64,000 bases of DNA from Salisapilia sapeloensis CBS 127946. Taxonomy: Eukaryota > Protista > Oomycota. The notes below the pieces were generated by a model. That model ran no database searches, was not told the origin of the DNA, and saw only the letters and a program-made list of their open reading frames with translations. Both the position numbers and the translations under genes were made by a program. This document shows, in pieces, positions 31,908-43,615 of this stretch. The number at the start of each line of letters is the position of its first letter. The stretch's first letter is position 1. The stretch spans positions 6,212 through 70,211 of the forward strand of contig JAADVB010000079.1 in NCBI GenBank assembly GCA_023334545.1. The letters are read 5' to 3'.

Positions 31908-33869
31908 CGTTTTGGTATTCGGCAAGTGACGGAATGCGATGTCCGACCGTGGTTAATAACGTCCGGATGAAATGGCGCTAAAACTGTATACTGGAGCTAC
32001 GATAGTGCACCGATTAACTGCGCCTAGAATAAATCGAGACGGCCGGCAAAGCTGGAAGTTTATATTCTTTTTCTTTGTTTCATGGCGTAGTATCGTCTGG
32101 ATAAAGGCGTCAATCGAGCCGGTGGTACCTGTTGTTTATGGCGAAGACTGGACGAGATGGACAGACTGTATTACAAATTAAGTATGACGACGACGCTATG
32201 CTTTAGCATGGTCAAATGCGTAAAGGTCGCTTATAGAAGACAAATTTATTTTGGTGGATGCGAAGGAAATCGTACGATTGCTTCACTTTTACATAAATGC
32301 TCGCTGGAGGGTAGATAGAGCACCGGAACAGTAAAGTTTCGTGATATTTCGAGTTAAGAGTTAAACAAATAGTCGTAGCATGGCTCTTTATCGCCCCAAC
32401 ATGAAGGTACCACTACGTGCGGTAACTTAGTAAAAGCTTGGTAGGGTCAGTTTATCTATTCAATAAGTATGAAAGTATGCAGAAGGTGGCATTCTATAAT
32501 GTCTTAGCCTGAGACAGGGCAATTATAGAGTCCAAGTTTCCACAGTCGTACATTGGTATCTATGAAGTGTTCAGCACGTAGGCTCTATATGATGCTTCTA
32601 CTATTGCTGTGTTTCTCCAACAGTAGCATACAGATTTGCAAGACCTACTTTTGCCTTCTACTGTACTATACAACTCAAATGGTATTCTGTCCTTCGACGA
32701 CTTGCAACTGCGTTCTTGATTGCTCCTCTTTTGCACATCCAATTCATCTTCCTTTCGCCATCACAAAGAAACAAACTAAGAAAGCTACGCGGTAGTAGAC
32801 TGTATGCGTCGATCTTTACTTGTAGCTTTAGTGGATACTCTTCTCGGGTTGCTTCCGCATTTATAGAAGAGCCAACTTGCGATCGAGGTCGTAAGCACGA
32901 ACACAACTTGCAAATTCCCTTCTCTTTGTCTTAGTATGGTATTAAAACACCCCATGCGCATATCCATAGTCGATTATAAATCAAAGATGAAGACATGATC
33001 AGATTTCTTGACCAAACGACTGACTTGCGTTTTGTCCTTGACATCGACTTGATTTCGTAGCCTCACCGAAATGGCGTCTCATCATCATCAGTTGGTATGA
33101 TGCAATTATAAGATGAGCTGATAAGACCAGAGAGGATACTGCATGAAATGATGGGGAGCTCTACCGTACTTATTCAATATCTACCGGCGATCAGCGGGCA
33201 AAAATTCACGTGAATCTGTATGTCTGAGCACCTGCAGACCAGTTTCTTTGCGTACTCTATCACCATACCTTGATATATCAAGATTGCTCGTTTCCACAGT
33301 CGCGTTCGAGTGTCTCCATCTAACTCGCTCTAATGCGTTCGAAATCAGTCTTGCAGTAAGCGATCAGCCAGAAAAGTCCGATTACAATGAACCCACATCA
33401 CGACTGCAGATGATACAAAATGGTGCCATCACGCAATGCATTCCAGCGTGTCCCATCACACGTTCAATTAGACAAACGAAAAATCCTGCGTCAAGACTGG
33501 TCAGTACCAATGAAAGTCACGTTGAAGTGCCCTACAAAGCCTCCAGCGATCTTCGTCGGCATGAGAGGGGAAGGTTGTCAGCTTAAGCAGCCATTACGAT
33601 TGAACCATACTGATTCCAATAAAACCTAAGCACATCACCTGTTTGGGTCCAGTCGTCTTCGTTCATCTTCATGCAAGGCTTCATCCTTCTCTATCGACAG
33701 TATTTGCTGCATGGGCTCATGCGCATAAGCTTATGAATTGATTAAAGAATAAAAGTAGGTGATTTATAATGTGGATGTTCTACAACGAGCAACCAAGCCC
33801 TCGTACTCATGTCAATTGTCAAGCATATCTTGTATACACTGGACATAGCGCGGACATGTATGGTGCTTC

Positions 33870-35312
33870 ATGCAAATGGTTACACAGGATTCACCATTTC
33901 CTCTTTTCAGTTCCTTGTGGCAGGTTGACTCTATGGCGACGACATGGTCTACAGTCTCGGATGTTGACATCGACCAGAGTTTAAGTGACGAATGGAACAA
34001 TCGAGCTCACGACACCGTTCGGAAGACACTCCAGGAATACCATGATTTCCATCGACAGAACGACTATATAAATAGATGGAAGCACGTTCGGAAGCACGGG
34101 ACATTTCGTGTCTACACGGACCGAAATCATAAAAGGTCGGACGAACGAGTACTATTGACCAGTGGCCTCGCACCTGGAAGAGTGGAAGATGTATTATCCG
34201 GTCTTCATGCGAGCACGTCCGAAGCCGTTCGTGTCGTTTATGCCTTGACATCTCCCACGTGGTTAGATGCTTCTGTGCTCAAAGTCTTTGAGGACAACCC
34301 GTTGACGTCTCCGGTCGTTTTTGCAGGTGTCATTCGGTATGTCAATGACAATCCAATTCTATTCTCGACTCGAGAAGCCATCTACTACGATATGCTAGGA
34401 TGGGTACAAGATGCATATGATGCTACATTCGTCTACCGCGTCTCTCTCAGTGTTGATATTCCTGGATATGCTCACAGCGATAAGTCAGGGCTCGAACGAG
34501 TACAAGTGAACAGGATAAGCTTATATCGTCAAATGCAAAATGGATGGATCGGGTGTTTTACTCGAATCGACGTTGACGCTGGTGGCAATATTCCCGGTGC
34601 CATTGCAGACTATCTGATCGGTCCACGAGCAAATGGTTATTACGGAGCAATGGCATGCGCAAGAGCGAAAGCATATTCTAAGATCATAGCACAGCATGAA
34701 GATGTTTTCGTGCCAGAGAGCTCGACATGCATGATCTGTCAATGCAAAGCGCAGTTTTTGACGAAACTTAAGCAATGCGAAGGTTGCCATCAATATGTAT
34801 GCAAAAAATGTCGACACAAGCGAACTACCTATGAGCTTGCCAAGGATAGTCGCAAGCCTGCCAAGTACTCCTTTTGTACTCGTTGTGTGGAGAACGTCGA
34901 TACAAGTAACCCTCGCTTTTCCCGCTCATCCAACACGTCCAGCTCGGAAGGCTCGCATCAATCATCCTCTGTGGTTGAGTCGTGGCATTATGCCGGAGAA
35001 CCGATTGAGTCGATAATGGAAGAGGATGGTACTTGCACTAATTATGAGCCTAGTGTGGCGTCTTCGCTGTCCATGGGTACAGTTAGAGACTTGAGTCAGG
35101 AAGATCGGCCGTCCATACAGTCGTCATCGTCACCAGAGTTAGACGAGAAACCAACGAGGATGCTTGTCCAGGAATGGGAAAACATCAAGAGTAGTTTAGA
35201 GGAATGGAACGAAGCAGAGCTAGGCGAGTTTGAAAAGATGTCGAACAGACCGCCAGGGTTTTGGACTAAAGCATCCCGCCGCATGCGAATTAGTGCAAGT
35301 GAGCTCGATTAG
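33870..35312 (+). CDS. START-like + FYVE-type zinc finger protein (oomycete family), copy A
   Basis: WKHVRKHG.F.VY, GRVEDVLSGL, DASVL, REAIYYD; Cys pattern CxxC..CxxC...CxxC..FCxxC. Confidence 0.82.
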   Translation: MQMVTQDSPFPLFSSLWQVDSMATTWSTVSDVDIDQSLSDEWNNRAHDTVRKTLQEYHDFHRQNDYINRWKHVRKHGTFRVYTDRNHKRSDERVLLTSGLAPGRVEDVLSGLHASTSEAVRVVYALTSPTWLDASVLKVFEDNPLTSPVVFAGVIRYVNDNPILFSTREAIYYDMLGWVQDAYDATFVYRVSLSVDIPGYAHSDKSGLERVQVNRISLYRQMQNGWIGCFTRIDVDAGGNIPGAIADYLIGPRANGYYGAMACARAKAYSKIIAQHEDVFVPESSTCMICQCKAQFLTKLKQCEGCHQYVCKKCRHKRTTYELAKDSRKPAKYSFCTRCVENVDTSNPRFSRSSNTSSSEGSHQSSSVVESWHYAGEPIESIMEEDGTCTNYEPSVASSLSMGTVRDLSQEDRPSIQSSSSPELDEKPTRMLVQEWENIKSSLEEWNEAELGEFEKMSNRPPGFWTKASRRMRISASELD

Positions 35313-35467
35313 AATGAAGCAAAATGGTATCACTATAGGCAAGAGTTGTGCTTGTATGTTGTTCGAATACGATAGGATGCTTCTCGTAGCTAGTTATGGA
35401 GCTTCTGGCCAGTATAGCAGCTCGCTCGCACGCTCAGACTCAACCAAATGCGAAATAAAATAAGACT

Positions 35468-36023
35468 TTATGTATGCTTAGGATATCTGACTCTCTTGCA
35501 GTGCGTAGAGGAGGGCATCGAAAGGCGAGCCAAAGTTGACTTACCTTTTCATTCGTTTCTCAAAGACAGGATTGCTTTCCGTGTTCTGCTGTCTGTACGA
35601 AGCGAATATATCTACTCTTGCGAGAGTCTGATTGATTATAAGCTGCTCGCTTGGACTTTGCTACGCCATCGCTGATCGAGCTATTCGCGATAGTGAGATA
35701 GTCGATGCGGATGTGTGTGGCGTTACCACACTCGACGTGCTAGCTGCGAAGGGAGGTACTACATACGCGCTTACCTTCATGTGGAGCTAAGAGCAAGTAA
35801 GCCAATCAGTTGGTGCCATTATCACACGTATGGAAAGCTATACATGCTTGTGATCAATACTGCTTATGGTCTTCACGGTGCCGTCTAAGAAAGCGGCGAC
35901 GAAAAAGTGTTGAATTGACTCTACAGGAACGTCTTTAAACTGCTCAAAGTGACCCGAAGAAGATTGTACGACTCGTGTGCTAAAATCTGGTATATATAGG
36001 GCGCTTGCCGATATAGAAAACAT
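35468..36023 (-). CDS. Candidate small spliced ORF (or 3' extension of the EF-hand gene) with a 12-nt microexon
   Basis: Exons 36023-35844, 35786-35775, 35660-35545, 35486-35468 join in frame through GT-AG introns of 57, 114 and 58 nt; product not recognised. Confidence 0.3.
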
Positions 36024-36126
36024 GCCTGTGCGAATGACACTCGGGAGCGACGCATTTGCTGGAGCGAGGAAGTAGGTGGTAACAAGTTGGGAAACAAAGG
36101 ATGGTTGGGCTGACTTTATCGTTAAA

Positions 36127-38298
36127 TCATTGAATATAAAATTGGATTTGCACTCCAAGACGAGGCCCAAGAGCCATGGCAATTCCATTTTTCGTAGATC
36201 GGATACCCCCATCGGATACCGTATTGTCACTTGCTTGGATACCAGATACTTGTATCTGTCGTTGAAAGTTGTACAACAACTCGGTAAGTTCTTCAAAGCG
36301 TTGGCGCTCCGATTGTGTAGCGTGATGCATCAGATATTCGCCAGGTGTATATTGTTCCTTTGTCATGCTCGAGTTGCTAGATGATGTATTATTAGCGCAA
36401 ACGCTCTTATTCACTTTATCACAGCTTTCAACCAGTCTACATACAACATCAGCTTAGTAACCTACACGAATTTGCTCTTATCGACAAATTCCTACTGGAT
36501 AAATTCGTTATAGTTCACTTGAGCAGAGCCAAGGTCGTCACTTGTCGCCTTGAGAAACAAAGATATAATTTCATTAGCTTTCTCTTCTGACATAGCGTCA
36601 TCTTTCTTGAGCACACGCAGAAAAGCTATTTGGATATGTAACATACAATTAATTATGCACAAGAAGAAGGATCATCGTACCTCTTGCCGGTAAGAAGCCT
36701 GTCTTATGTGAGTAAAGTCGTACGTGTTGCCGAGTACAACGACGCTGGAGCGCTGTTGCCCAAGTACGAGCTGAAATATTTAAAGAACCAAGAATACTCC
36801 AAATCAATTCTCGAAGCTGACGTCTCGCGTGGTGCCTCTCAGGTTGCTGTCCGTATTGCCTAAATAAAAATGTAATATATGTCGCGACTATAGATATATG
36901 TACATATAGATAGATAGACTTACTGCAAGAAAAGGTCGCAATCGATAAGCTGATCTTTTGTTTCTGGAAACCTAGACAAAATAGATTGAAGGATCGACGG
37001 CGGAACGTTCAGTTTGCATTGAACAAGTACTCGATGCATATCTACACGTGCTTAAACGTTACAATTGACATCAACATCAGAATCAACAAAGCGCGTCGAC
37101 CTTTGGCGCTCAGTAGGCCGTCTGGACGAATTTGCTTGGCAAGTCCCAGGAAGTGCTCTGCACCAGTGTAGATTGAGCGGGGAGTCTCTTTGATTTCTGA
37201 TCCGCCATCTTCGCTTGGAGTATATGACTGCTGTAGAAACGCTCTCAACTCTTTTTCTGCGACCAAAAAAGCACTTCCAAGATTGCTCTGTGAACCCTGA
37301 CGATGAAGCGATGGCGAGTGCTGTTCGACTGGCATTTCGAAATCCGAGACATCGCTTTCAAACGTACAAAACATATTCAGCTGCATCCATGCCGATGTAA
37401 GAGAAAGCTGTACAGCATATTAGATAGCCTCTACCTTGTCAATGTTAAGTAGCGTTTCTCCATCTTTCCTACCGCGAGTTCGTAAATGTGTGAGCACGCA
37501 TTCAATTTCTTCTTTTGTTAAAGAGTCCTGTAGCTGGAAGAGAAACTCTGATATAAATAATTGTTCGTCTATATATCCATCCCGATTCGAGCTGTGTTGC
37601 TCCAATCTGTCTACCAAGTCATCAAGGGTTGCCTGGTTGCGACCACCACTTTGCAGCTTCCGACGGATGCTGTAAATATGTTCTTGATCTCGCTGTAGAC
37701 GATCAATAGAATTTCGACGCTGATGACGCTTGCGAGGACTGCGGAGCTTCTTCCGACTTGGAGATACTAAAGTTTTTTTTGTCGGTGACCGAATAGATCG
37801 ACTGCTTCTGTGAGGCGACTTGCATGTCTGCAACCCGGTACAAAAGGCAGAGATATCAATTTGGAAATCAGACGTCTGATATCTCGAAAAAATCGATTGA
37901 AGTGGGCTATTGCATCGGTTTAATGGCATTTAAGAACATTTCACTACCAATAAGCAATAGATACATAGCTTGGAGTGTATGCGATGGCAAAAAGGTAGCG
38001 AGAATTTCCTCGACTTGGCTAGATGCATGCGACATACAGTTATTTGGAATGATTTTGACTATACATCAAAACGTACGTGATTGTTGCATCTGTAGATTGC
38101 AGGGCACTCTGTAGCTCCTTTATATCTACTTTGGCTCGAGCAAGCGCGATACTTAAGGATGAAAGCTCTGTCATCGTAAAAATCTTCTTTCGTGTACGGC
38201 GCCTTAAGCTGAGAAAAAGCGACCTTCAAGTATTGTAACGGATCGAATGTATGAACCAAACAAATATAAATCCTAGGAATACAACAAGTGCCGCTCAT
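36127..38298 (-). CDS. Multi-exon EF-hand-like protein of unknown function; start codon uncertain
   Basis: At least six GT-AG introns join phase-compatible exons: DIKELQSAL..QVEEILATF, FQIDISAF, NRDGYIDEQLF, DMHRVL..IDCDLFL, AQVNYNEFIQ, ending GPRLGVQIQFYIQ*. Confidence 0.65.
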
Positions 38299-38698
38299 TT
38301 TCAGCTAAGCACAATACACTTATTCATTTAAGTGATGAACGAATACGTTTAAACCAAACGGTCAAGTTACCACAAGCGCTCAACCGTGATTTTAGGCTGC
38401 AGCGTATGGTCTTGCCGATTTTTAGTAGGCTCCATGACTGGTAAGTAGAGGGACAACAAAATATCACCGATTATACATACTCATACCTATTAAATCGAAG
38501 GTGATCGTCCTGTATGTTCGAACCGGTCTAGACTAGTCTCCATCGACTTTGGTCTAAATAGTTGGGAGAGCTACCGACAATAACCTTCGCGAGAAAGTTA
38601 ATTTACATCGACCAGTTTATCCCTCTCGGTGACAATACGAAACTCACCATACGAACCAGGGGAAATTTATGCCAACATCATCGAACAGGGAACAAACT

Positions 38699-40084
38699 TT
38701 AATCCAAATCACTTGCACTAATGCGCTGATTATTTCCGAGGTCGTCTTCAAGATGCTCCTCTTTTCCTATCTTCTTTGCCATCTCTCCAACCTCCTTTGC
38801 ATTCCAGCCTTGTAAACCACTTTTTAACTCATCCCAGTGTTCAGCAAGCAGTGACGACGGACTGTCTTTGCGCATTGCAGAACTTGTCGAGGCAGAAGAA
38901 ACTCGTATGTCCTGTCTGTCCACCGCATACGACATCGACAAGGATGACGCCATGCTTCTTTCGTCCTGGTTGTCGTCCCATGCGTATGTCTCCGAGCTAG
39001 AGAAGTTTGATCGATCGCATGGATACTGTGTCGAAGGTGAGGAAGATGTGCGTGAGCTTCTTGAGCTCCAATCACGAAATAGGTCAATCATCATCGTCTG
39101 AGACGCGCTCTCGACTCTGTGAATACACTGGACACAAAAAATATGTTTCGAAGGTTTCTTAGACCCGGATGGAAGCTCAAAAATGTGTCGATGATGTCGA
39201 CAACTTTTGCACACGACGCGATGGCAAGCTGCGCATGGCCTTAATTTGGTCAGTAACCTTGGCTTCCGTATACAAAGCCCACAAGTCTTCATGTCTGGGA
39301 CAGCAACATCACAGCTCGTATCCAACAATTGCGCATACAGTTTCGCCCGACTGCATGCTAATGCCGAGAAATACATATTAACTCGAGTACTCGCGAGATA
39401 GTCTACTAGCGGAAGTAGCATTGTGCCGCCACAATTGATGTCGAGCTTACCAAAGCTACCGACCCAGCCATTTTTCACTTCCCAAAACAATGATGCCCGA
39501 CTGAACTGTACACGCTCGAGTCCTTGACTCAAGTATGGCGGGTACTCTGGCAAATCGACGCTAAAGGTGATCGAATACGCGAAGAATGTACCATGGTCGT
39601 CCCGTACCCATCCTAACGCGTCGTAGCATACCACATCACGATTGGAAATCATAAACGCCTGGCCTTCGTTCGCAATGTATTTGATACCGGAGAAGACAAC
39701 CGCGTTGGAGCTTGGATTGCTCTCAAAGACATCGAGAACAGCAGCGTCGTGCCACGTAGATTCAGTCAACGCCAAACCAATCCGGAAGGACTCGGTCGTA
39801 TCAGTGAAGAGACCAGCGACCAAGTCTTCAACGTTCCCTGGTGCCAACCCGCTTGACAATAATCCTCGATCGCTTGAAGCTCCTCGACTTCGGTCTGAAT
39901 AGACACAAAATGTCCCCTGCTTTCGCACAGATTTCCAACGACCATCGTGGTCGTTCAGTCGATGGAACTTGTGGTAATCTTGGAGAACCGTGTCCAACAA
40001 GTCACGTGCCTGTGCATCCAATTGATCTCGCACGTGAGGGTCGATTCTTGTAGGTAAAGGGGGCCACGATGCCGACTTACTCAT
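38699..40084 (-). CDS. START-like + FYVE-type zinc finger protein (oomycete family), copy B
   Basis: Paralog of 33870-35312 (WKSVRKQG.F.VY, GLAPGNVED, DAAVL, RDVVCYD, CGLC..CAAC..CKSC..FCVQC). ATG 40084 preferred by alignment; the ORF is open to 40267. Confidence 0.82.
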   Translation of the reverse strand: MSKSASWPPLPTRIDPHVRDQLDAQARDLLDTVLQDYHKFHRLNDHDGRWKSVRKQGTFCVYSDRSRGASSDRGLLSSGLAPGNVEDLVAGLFTDTTESFRIGLALTESTWHDAAVLDVFESNPSSNAVVFSGIKYIANEGQAFMISNRDVVCYDALGWVRDDHGTFFAYSITFSVDLPEYPPYLSQGLERVQFSRASLFWEVKNGWVGSFGKLDINCGGTMLLPLVDYLASTRVNMYFSALACSRAKLYAQLLDTSCDVAVPDMKTCGLCIRKPRLLTKLRPCAACHRVVCKSCRHHRHIFELPSGSKKPSKHIFCVQCIHRVESASQTMMIDLFRDWSSRSSRTSSSPSTQYPCDRSNFSSSETYAWDDNQDERSMASSLSMSYAVDRQDIRVSSASTSSAMRKDSPSSLLAEHWDELKSGLQGWNAKEVGEMAKKIGKEEHLEDDLGNNQRISASDLD

Positions 40085-40962
40085 CGCTTCGTAGAATCTG
40101 ACGTAGGACGGATAAAGAATAGAAATGACGGAAAGAAGGTTAGGCTCAGAGATTTTCTGCGCATCTCGTCGTCGGTTCGGTCGGGAATAACAGGAGATCG
40201 GGCTCTTGTGAACTATAGAAAAATTCATCCCATACGGCTCCTTTACTTGCCCTGTCGCCATTCCCACGCGTGCTTGTACGTAGCTAGCGTAACTTGAAGA
40301 GAAAGGTGCAGTCTCATGTTTTCAGTTACTTTTCTCGACCCACTTGTAGCTACGTGAAAGAAAGCCTGGATGCAAGTCCGGACCGTCGACCACTTGGATA
40401 CAGCACGCTAAGCTTTACGGTATCAAACTGGCTCGTACGCCGGTAGGTAGCGTTGCAGAATTGAGTAGAAAGGCGAAACGGAATTAATATGGATAGATAG
40501 AAATCCGTCACGACAAGGATTATACGTCAAAGCTCAGATTGAGAGTCGACTGAGATCTCACACTTACTAGTTGAATCGTTTCTACTACCGTTGAGATCAT
40601 TACTTTCTTCTTAGTCAGAGAGACGAGTCTGGCGCAACTTGATTTATGCTCTCTACTCCACGAGCACACGTGGGGAAAGCATGCTTCAAGCGCACAGCTG
40701 ACTTCAAAAGTAACCTTATGAAAGAGTTTACATCAAATAAGAGCACTTCGATCTAAACATGCACTTCTCTTATACACACAGGGCTAGATAGACAAAGACA
40801 CGAATGAAAAGCTCATTAATCAGTGCGATCCATGCATGTTGTATCCACGTACGTAGTCACCTGAACAATGGTACCGTCTCATGTGACAAATGGAGCGAGC
40901 ACCACTCGATCAGGACAATCGTCACTTTAGCTCCATCTTCATAAGCTGCACGTAGCGCAAAT

Positions 40963-42465
40963 ATGCTGTCTCAAACAGCCACGTACTTGGCCATGATCTT
41001 GACGGTGGCAGCTATCGCCGTTTATGCTATTGTCGTGAGCAGAAAGCTAGGTGTCGATTCCGTCACCACCTTTTTCAGGTACTGTTCTATTCATTCTACC
41101 TCTGCATTGTCATCAATTCATTAAGTCGCCGACAGTGCCAAGAACTCGACGGATGCCTTCCGTCTTGCCTGGTGCTTCTTTGCATCCGGCATGGGCTCCT
41201 GGACACTCTTCTCGTTCCCTGAAATCGGTGTCCTCGCTGGGTCATGGGGAGTCATCGGCTACACGTTATCCGGCATCATCGGTATGGTCGTCATCGCACT
41301 CGTTGGTCCTTATAGCCGCAAGTTCCTCGGCGACGGTGTCACTCTCACCGACTATCTATACAACCGTTTCGGTCGCGTCATGCAAATGTACGTCGCCGCC
41401 GTCTCCATCTTCTACCAATTCATCTCGCTCGCTTCTGAGCTCACGTCCGTCGGTGACCTCGCGTCCATCCTTACGCCAGGCGCCCATCCCGTGGTACCAA
41501 TCGTTGGTGTCGCTGTCATCACGAACATCTACTTGGCCATCGGAGGTCTGCGAGCGTCCATGGCGACGGACGTCTGGCAAGCCATGGGTGTCCTCGCGCT
41601 CGTCCTACTCGTGTGCGTCGTCATGTTCGTCTCTGTAGATATCCCTGACAATGCGTGGGAAGAAACGAACGTCGCGGCCTTCACCGTAAACGGCTTCGAA
41701 GCACTCGTCACTCTGTGCATCGCCGTAGGTGCGTCCAACCTCTTCTTCACCGGATACTGGCAGCGAGTGTTCGCTGCTCAGACCGATGCGACGCTACACC
41801 GAGCCTGCATATACGCCAGTTGCATGATCATTCCCTTTACTGTTGCCCTCGCCATCGCCGGTATGGTCTCCTACCTCGTCCACCCGGACGGCACATACTT
41901 CTTTTCGATCCTATTCGACCTCGGGCGTGCGTGGCAAGTCGTCATCGCGGTCGTCATTGCGTCCGTGGCGTCCAGCGTCTCGGATAGCCTGCAAATGGGC
42001 ATGGCGGCAGAGCTCGTCACGAACTTCCCGCAGCTCTCCCTCTTGCACGCCCGCCTCGTCTGCGTGCTACTAACGATACCAGCTATTTTCATCGCGCTGG
42101 AACACTATGACATTATTAATCTGTTCCTCATCGCTGATGTCCTGTGCACCGCCACGGTTGGACCCATGGTGCTGGCCGCGTGGCCGCGTGCCACGTCTCT
42201 GGGTGCCATCTCTGGCTGCATCTCCGGGTTACTGACGATCTTTATCTGCGGGTGCGTGGTCCGCGGTTCCTTTGTCGGTGGCTTCGAGTGGTTCATCCTG
42301 CCGGAAGGACTGTATTCGCAGAACAGTATGATCACGTTCATCCTCGCACTCTTCGTGCCTATCCTCACGACTATCGGCGTTTCGCTCATGAAGCCGGACA
42401 AGGCCCAACGGATGGAACAAGAGACCTACGCGTTGACGCATACGCCGATGACAATGGCGGCGTAA
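40963..42465 (+). CDS. Sodium:solute symporter (SSS/SLC5) family transporter; 2 exons (40963-41078, 41136-42465)
   Basis: A 57-nt intron joins TTFF|SAKN. Motifs FFASGMGSWTLF.FPE, GGLRASMATD.WQ, WQRVFAA, SSVSDSLQ; about 13 TM segments. Confidence 0.85.
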
Positions 42466-42534
42466 GACCAGCGTTTACATGGAGTTATGGCAATGAAAAT
42501 GAACTTGCTTTGTTGTGATTTACTCTTTCCCTAC

Positions 42535-43449
42535 TTAATAAGCTCGCGGCCATGCCTTCTTGTTCTCACTGACAAATTCATCAAAGGATCGTAACGGACG
42601 CTCGAGCAGTTGCTCCAAAGTGTCCGTCACCTCGGCATCCGCACCACTGTCGTACGCCTTCGCGGTGCCTAGTTCAGCTGCAATCGCGTCTGGATCCGCG
42701 CCTTTGATCCACATCGATGGCTGCACCGCCCATGTGGGGAAGTATGAGTAGCGAACGGGATCGCCAATGCCATCGGACAGGACCTGCGTCATGTCCTGGA
42801 AGCGAAGTGCTTGCGGCCCCGTGAGCTTGTAGATCTTTTCGTCGCTCTCGCCATTCAACAGCTTGGCGATGGCGTCCGAGACGTCCGTGGCGTCGACGAG
42901 TGCAGCGCGGCCGCTTTTCACGGACACGGACAGTGTTCGCCCACACACCATGTCGTGCCACTTCCCGTAAAGGAAGGATTGCATTAAAGTAGATGGACGC
43001 ACGATACAACTCTGAACTTTACTACTTTGTAATTGCTGTTCCAGCTCCCAATGGCTGCGTCCGAAAGCCACGCCAGCTTGCTCGCGGACGAAACCTGAGG
43101 GTGGTGACACTTTCAGCATGCGATTGAGACCGACCTCTTCGGCCGCTCGGATCAAGTTCGACTCGACAGAATGAAAGTGTCCGTTAGCGACGCTAGTGGA
43201 TAGCACTGCCCCATCACAGCCTTCAAGCGCCTTTGCTACTTCTCCCGGTTTGCTATAATCCACGATGAATTCGTTCTTATCCAACACGTTGGCCGGAAAC
43301 TCGCGCGCGAGTTCTCGTGCCTTGGCACGTTCATCTGCGGTAGAAGTGGAAGAAACGCCGATACGAAAGGAGATACCTTCCTGAACGCCAGAGGCCAATA
43401 TGTACTTGTTTAAGAACGCATGACGTGTAGCTGGTAGTAAGAATCGCAT
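42535..43449 (-). CDS. NmrA-like / atypical SDR NAD(P)-binding protein
   Basis: VDYSKP..V..ALEG.DG, HWELEQQL..S...CIVRP..LMQ, VDATDVSDAI, IYKLTGPQAL, TDTLEQLLERP.RSF. Confidence 0.8.
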   Translation of the reverse strand: MRFLLPATRHAFLNKYILASGVQEGISFRIGVSSTSTADERAKARELAREFPANVLDKNEFIVDYSKPGEVAKALEGCDGAVLSTSVANGHFHSVESNLIRAAEEVGLNRMLKVSPPSGFVREQAGVAFGRSHWELEQQLQSSKVQSCIVRPSTLMQSFLYGKWHDMVCGRTLSVSVKSGRAALVDATDVSDAIAKLLNGESDEKIYKLTGPQALRFQDMTQVLSDGIGDPVRYSYFPTWAVQPSMWIKGADPDAIAAELGTAKAYDSGADAEVTDTLEQLLERPLRSFDEFVSENKKAWPRAY

Positions 43450-43574
43450 CTTTGTTCGAATCGTTCTTCTCTCTTTTTGAAGTTAGCAATCTTAGACAGC
43501 CACGAGATCTGGGTGTCCATTGTCTACCAAGTCGACGTATTCGACTAGATGAAACTTACACCAAGAGTGACTCT

Positions 43575-43581
43575 TCATTCT
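43575..43581 (+). promoter_or_regulatory. Initiator-like element in the 166-bp divergent promoter between the NmrA-like gene and the dynein intermediate chain
   Basis: TCATTCT about 35-40 nt upstream of ATG 43616; matches the oomycete Inr consensus. Confidence 0.35.
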
Positions 43582-43615
43582 ATCTAAACTCTACTTTTAT
43601 CGTTTCTAAAGGACC

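Noticed and set aside
32520-33720. Short ORFs and splice-like signals suggesting a gene or pseudogene
   Set aside because: I could not assemble a consistent in-frame model or recognise any motif.
37408-37434. 27-nt ultra-short intron containing an in-frame TAA in the EF-hand gene
   Set aside because: A second in-frame acceptor at 37381 gives a 54-nt intron that matches the local length mode.
41100-43100. GC-rich island (SSS transporter, NmrA-like gene) as horizontal transfer
   Set aside because: OSCP shows the same C/G-ending codon bias, which is better explained by high expression; the SSS gene has a normal host-type intron.
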